A stretch of 28,129 nt of DNA from Flavobacteriales bacterium (GTDB lineage: Bacteria > Bacteroidota > Bacteroidia > Flavobacteriales > Flavobacteriaceae), in NCBI GenBank assembly GCA_027003085.1, contig JALWYR010000023.1, forward strand, positions 1 through 28,129. Direction: 5' to 3'. The notes under the pieces are model-generated. The model searched no databases. It was not told where the DNA came from and worked only from the letters and a program-made list of their open reading frames with translations. The number at the start of each line of letters is the position of its first letter. Positions within the stretch are counted from its first letter, which is position 1. This document shows positions 27,225-28,129 of the stretch, in pieces. Position numbers and translations under genes: made by a program.

Positions 27225-27605
27225 ATGAGGCGATTTTTGTGGATATTACCAGGCTTGTGGTTTTTCTTTGTTTCCGGACAAAATGCCATTCAATCCGTTT
27301 CGGCCGAAGAATTTGCCCGGGCAATTAAGAAGTATGGCACGGAACAACTTATCGATGTTCGTACACCTTCCGAATATGCCGAAGGACATATTAGCGGCGC
27401 ACGCTTGATAAATATTTATGATACCGATTTCCAACAAAAAATCCTCGAAGGTTTATCCAAAAGTAAACCGGTTTTGATTTATTGCCGAAGTGGACACCGT
27501 AGCATGGTTGCTGCTCGTTTTCTGGATAATAAAGGCTATAAGGTTATCAACTTGCGATTGGGATTTAATGATTGGAAAGCCCGTGGGTTTCCGGTCGAAA
27601 AATAA
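27225..27605 (+). CDS. Exported single-domain rhodanese-like sulfurtransferase
   Basis: Start re-called to 27225; IDVRTPSEYAEGHISGA, active loop YCRSGHRS, NLRLGFNDW; N-terminal signal-like sequence; TATTTTTG at 27199-27206 upstream. Confidence 0.9.
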   Translation: MRRFLWILPGLWFFFVSGQNAIQSVSAEEFARAIKKYGTEQLIDVRTPSEYAEGHISGARLINIYDTDFQQKILEGLSKSKPVLIYCRSGHRSMVAARFLDNKGYKVINLRLGFNDWKARGFPVEK

Positions 27606-27607
27606 CG

Positions 27608-27615
27608 TATCTTTG
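27608..27615 (+). promoter_or_regulatory. -7 promoter element
   Basis: TATCTTTG 27 bp upstream of ATG 27643. Confidence 0.7.
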
Positions 27616-27642
27616 TCGCACTTTCGAAAAAAAATTACGACT

Positions 27643-28129
27643 ATGAATTACCGTAAAATACTTCCGCTTATTACTGCTTTAACGCTTTTCGTTGCTTCGT
27701 GTGATCACCAACCCGGAAAAAAGGAATCCGGAAAACCGGCTGAAAACCAAGCCGAAATAAACCGGAAAAACGACGAACGCCTCGAAGGCGACCATGTGCA
27801 AAATGTTTCGGAACTCCCGGTTCTAACGCCCGAACAAAAACAACAGTATATCAACCGTTCGAAAGAAATCGCCCAAACGGCTTTCAAAATATTTTCGGGA
27901 CACCTGGAACGGCTATTCAAGCAGAAGAAACCCGAAGAAGCCCTCGAATATTGTCATGCCAACGCCCTCAAAATAACCGACAGCTTGGCCAAGGCCAAGG
28001 GCGTAAACATCAAGCGCACATCTTATCGTCTGCGCAATCCCGAAAATAAACCCACGGCGCAGGAAGAAAAGGTAATGGAAATCTATCGAAAGCAAATCCT
28101 CAAAAACCTCAAACCCAAGCCCTATATGC
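27643..28129 (+). CDS. DUF3365/Tll0287-like lipoprotein (probable c-type heme protein), 3'-truncated; missing from the ORF track
   Basis: Open from ATG 27643 to the window end: MNYRKILPLITALTLFVAS-CDHQ (lipobox) ... ALEYCHANALKITDSLAKAKGVNIKRTSYRLRNPENKP. The CxxCH motif would lie beyond the edge. Confidence 0.75.
   Translation, partial: MNYRKILPLITALTLFVASCDHQPGKKESGKPAENQAEINRKNDERLEGDHVQNVSELPVLTPEQKQQYINRSKEIAQTAFKIFSGHLERLFKQKKPEEALEYCHANALKITDSLAKAKGVNIKRTSYRLRNPENKPTAQEEKVMEIYRKQILKNLKPKPYM

Overview
A Bacteroidota (Flavobacteriales-like) chromosomal window, mostly core genes. The taxonomy is inferred from TAnnTTTG promoters, type IX secretion (T9SS) cargo and the porG-uppS-bamA-skp-skp operon. 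Left to right: 5'-truncated priA; minus-strand tRNA-Ser(GCT)/Pro(TGG)/Arg(TCT); a 7TM-HD phosphohydrolase; a umuD-umuC-capA-like cluster; a ~410 bp array of long palindromes with a 175 bp period in the divergent umuD/recG intergenic region; recG; an AT-richer ~7 kb block (TPR-TM-LuxR regulator, a 1265 aa Asp-box/GEVED T9SS protein, and a cadherin-GH12-like T9SS protein with atypical catalytic residues); queE; ompA with TSP3 repeats; coaD; nadK; porG-like; uppS; bamA; two skp; a small T9SS protein; an exported rhodanese; and a 3'-truncated DUF3365-like lipoprotein absent from the ORF track. The most unusual elements are the palindrome array and the regulator plus T9SS cargo block. There is no integrase, transposase, phage gene or CRISPR array. 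All family calls come from motifs read by eye; no database search was run.
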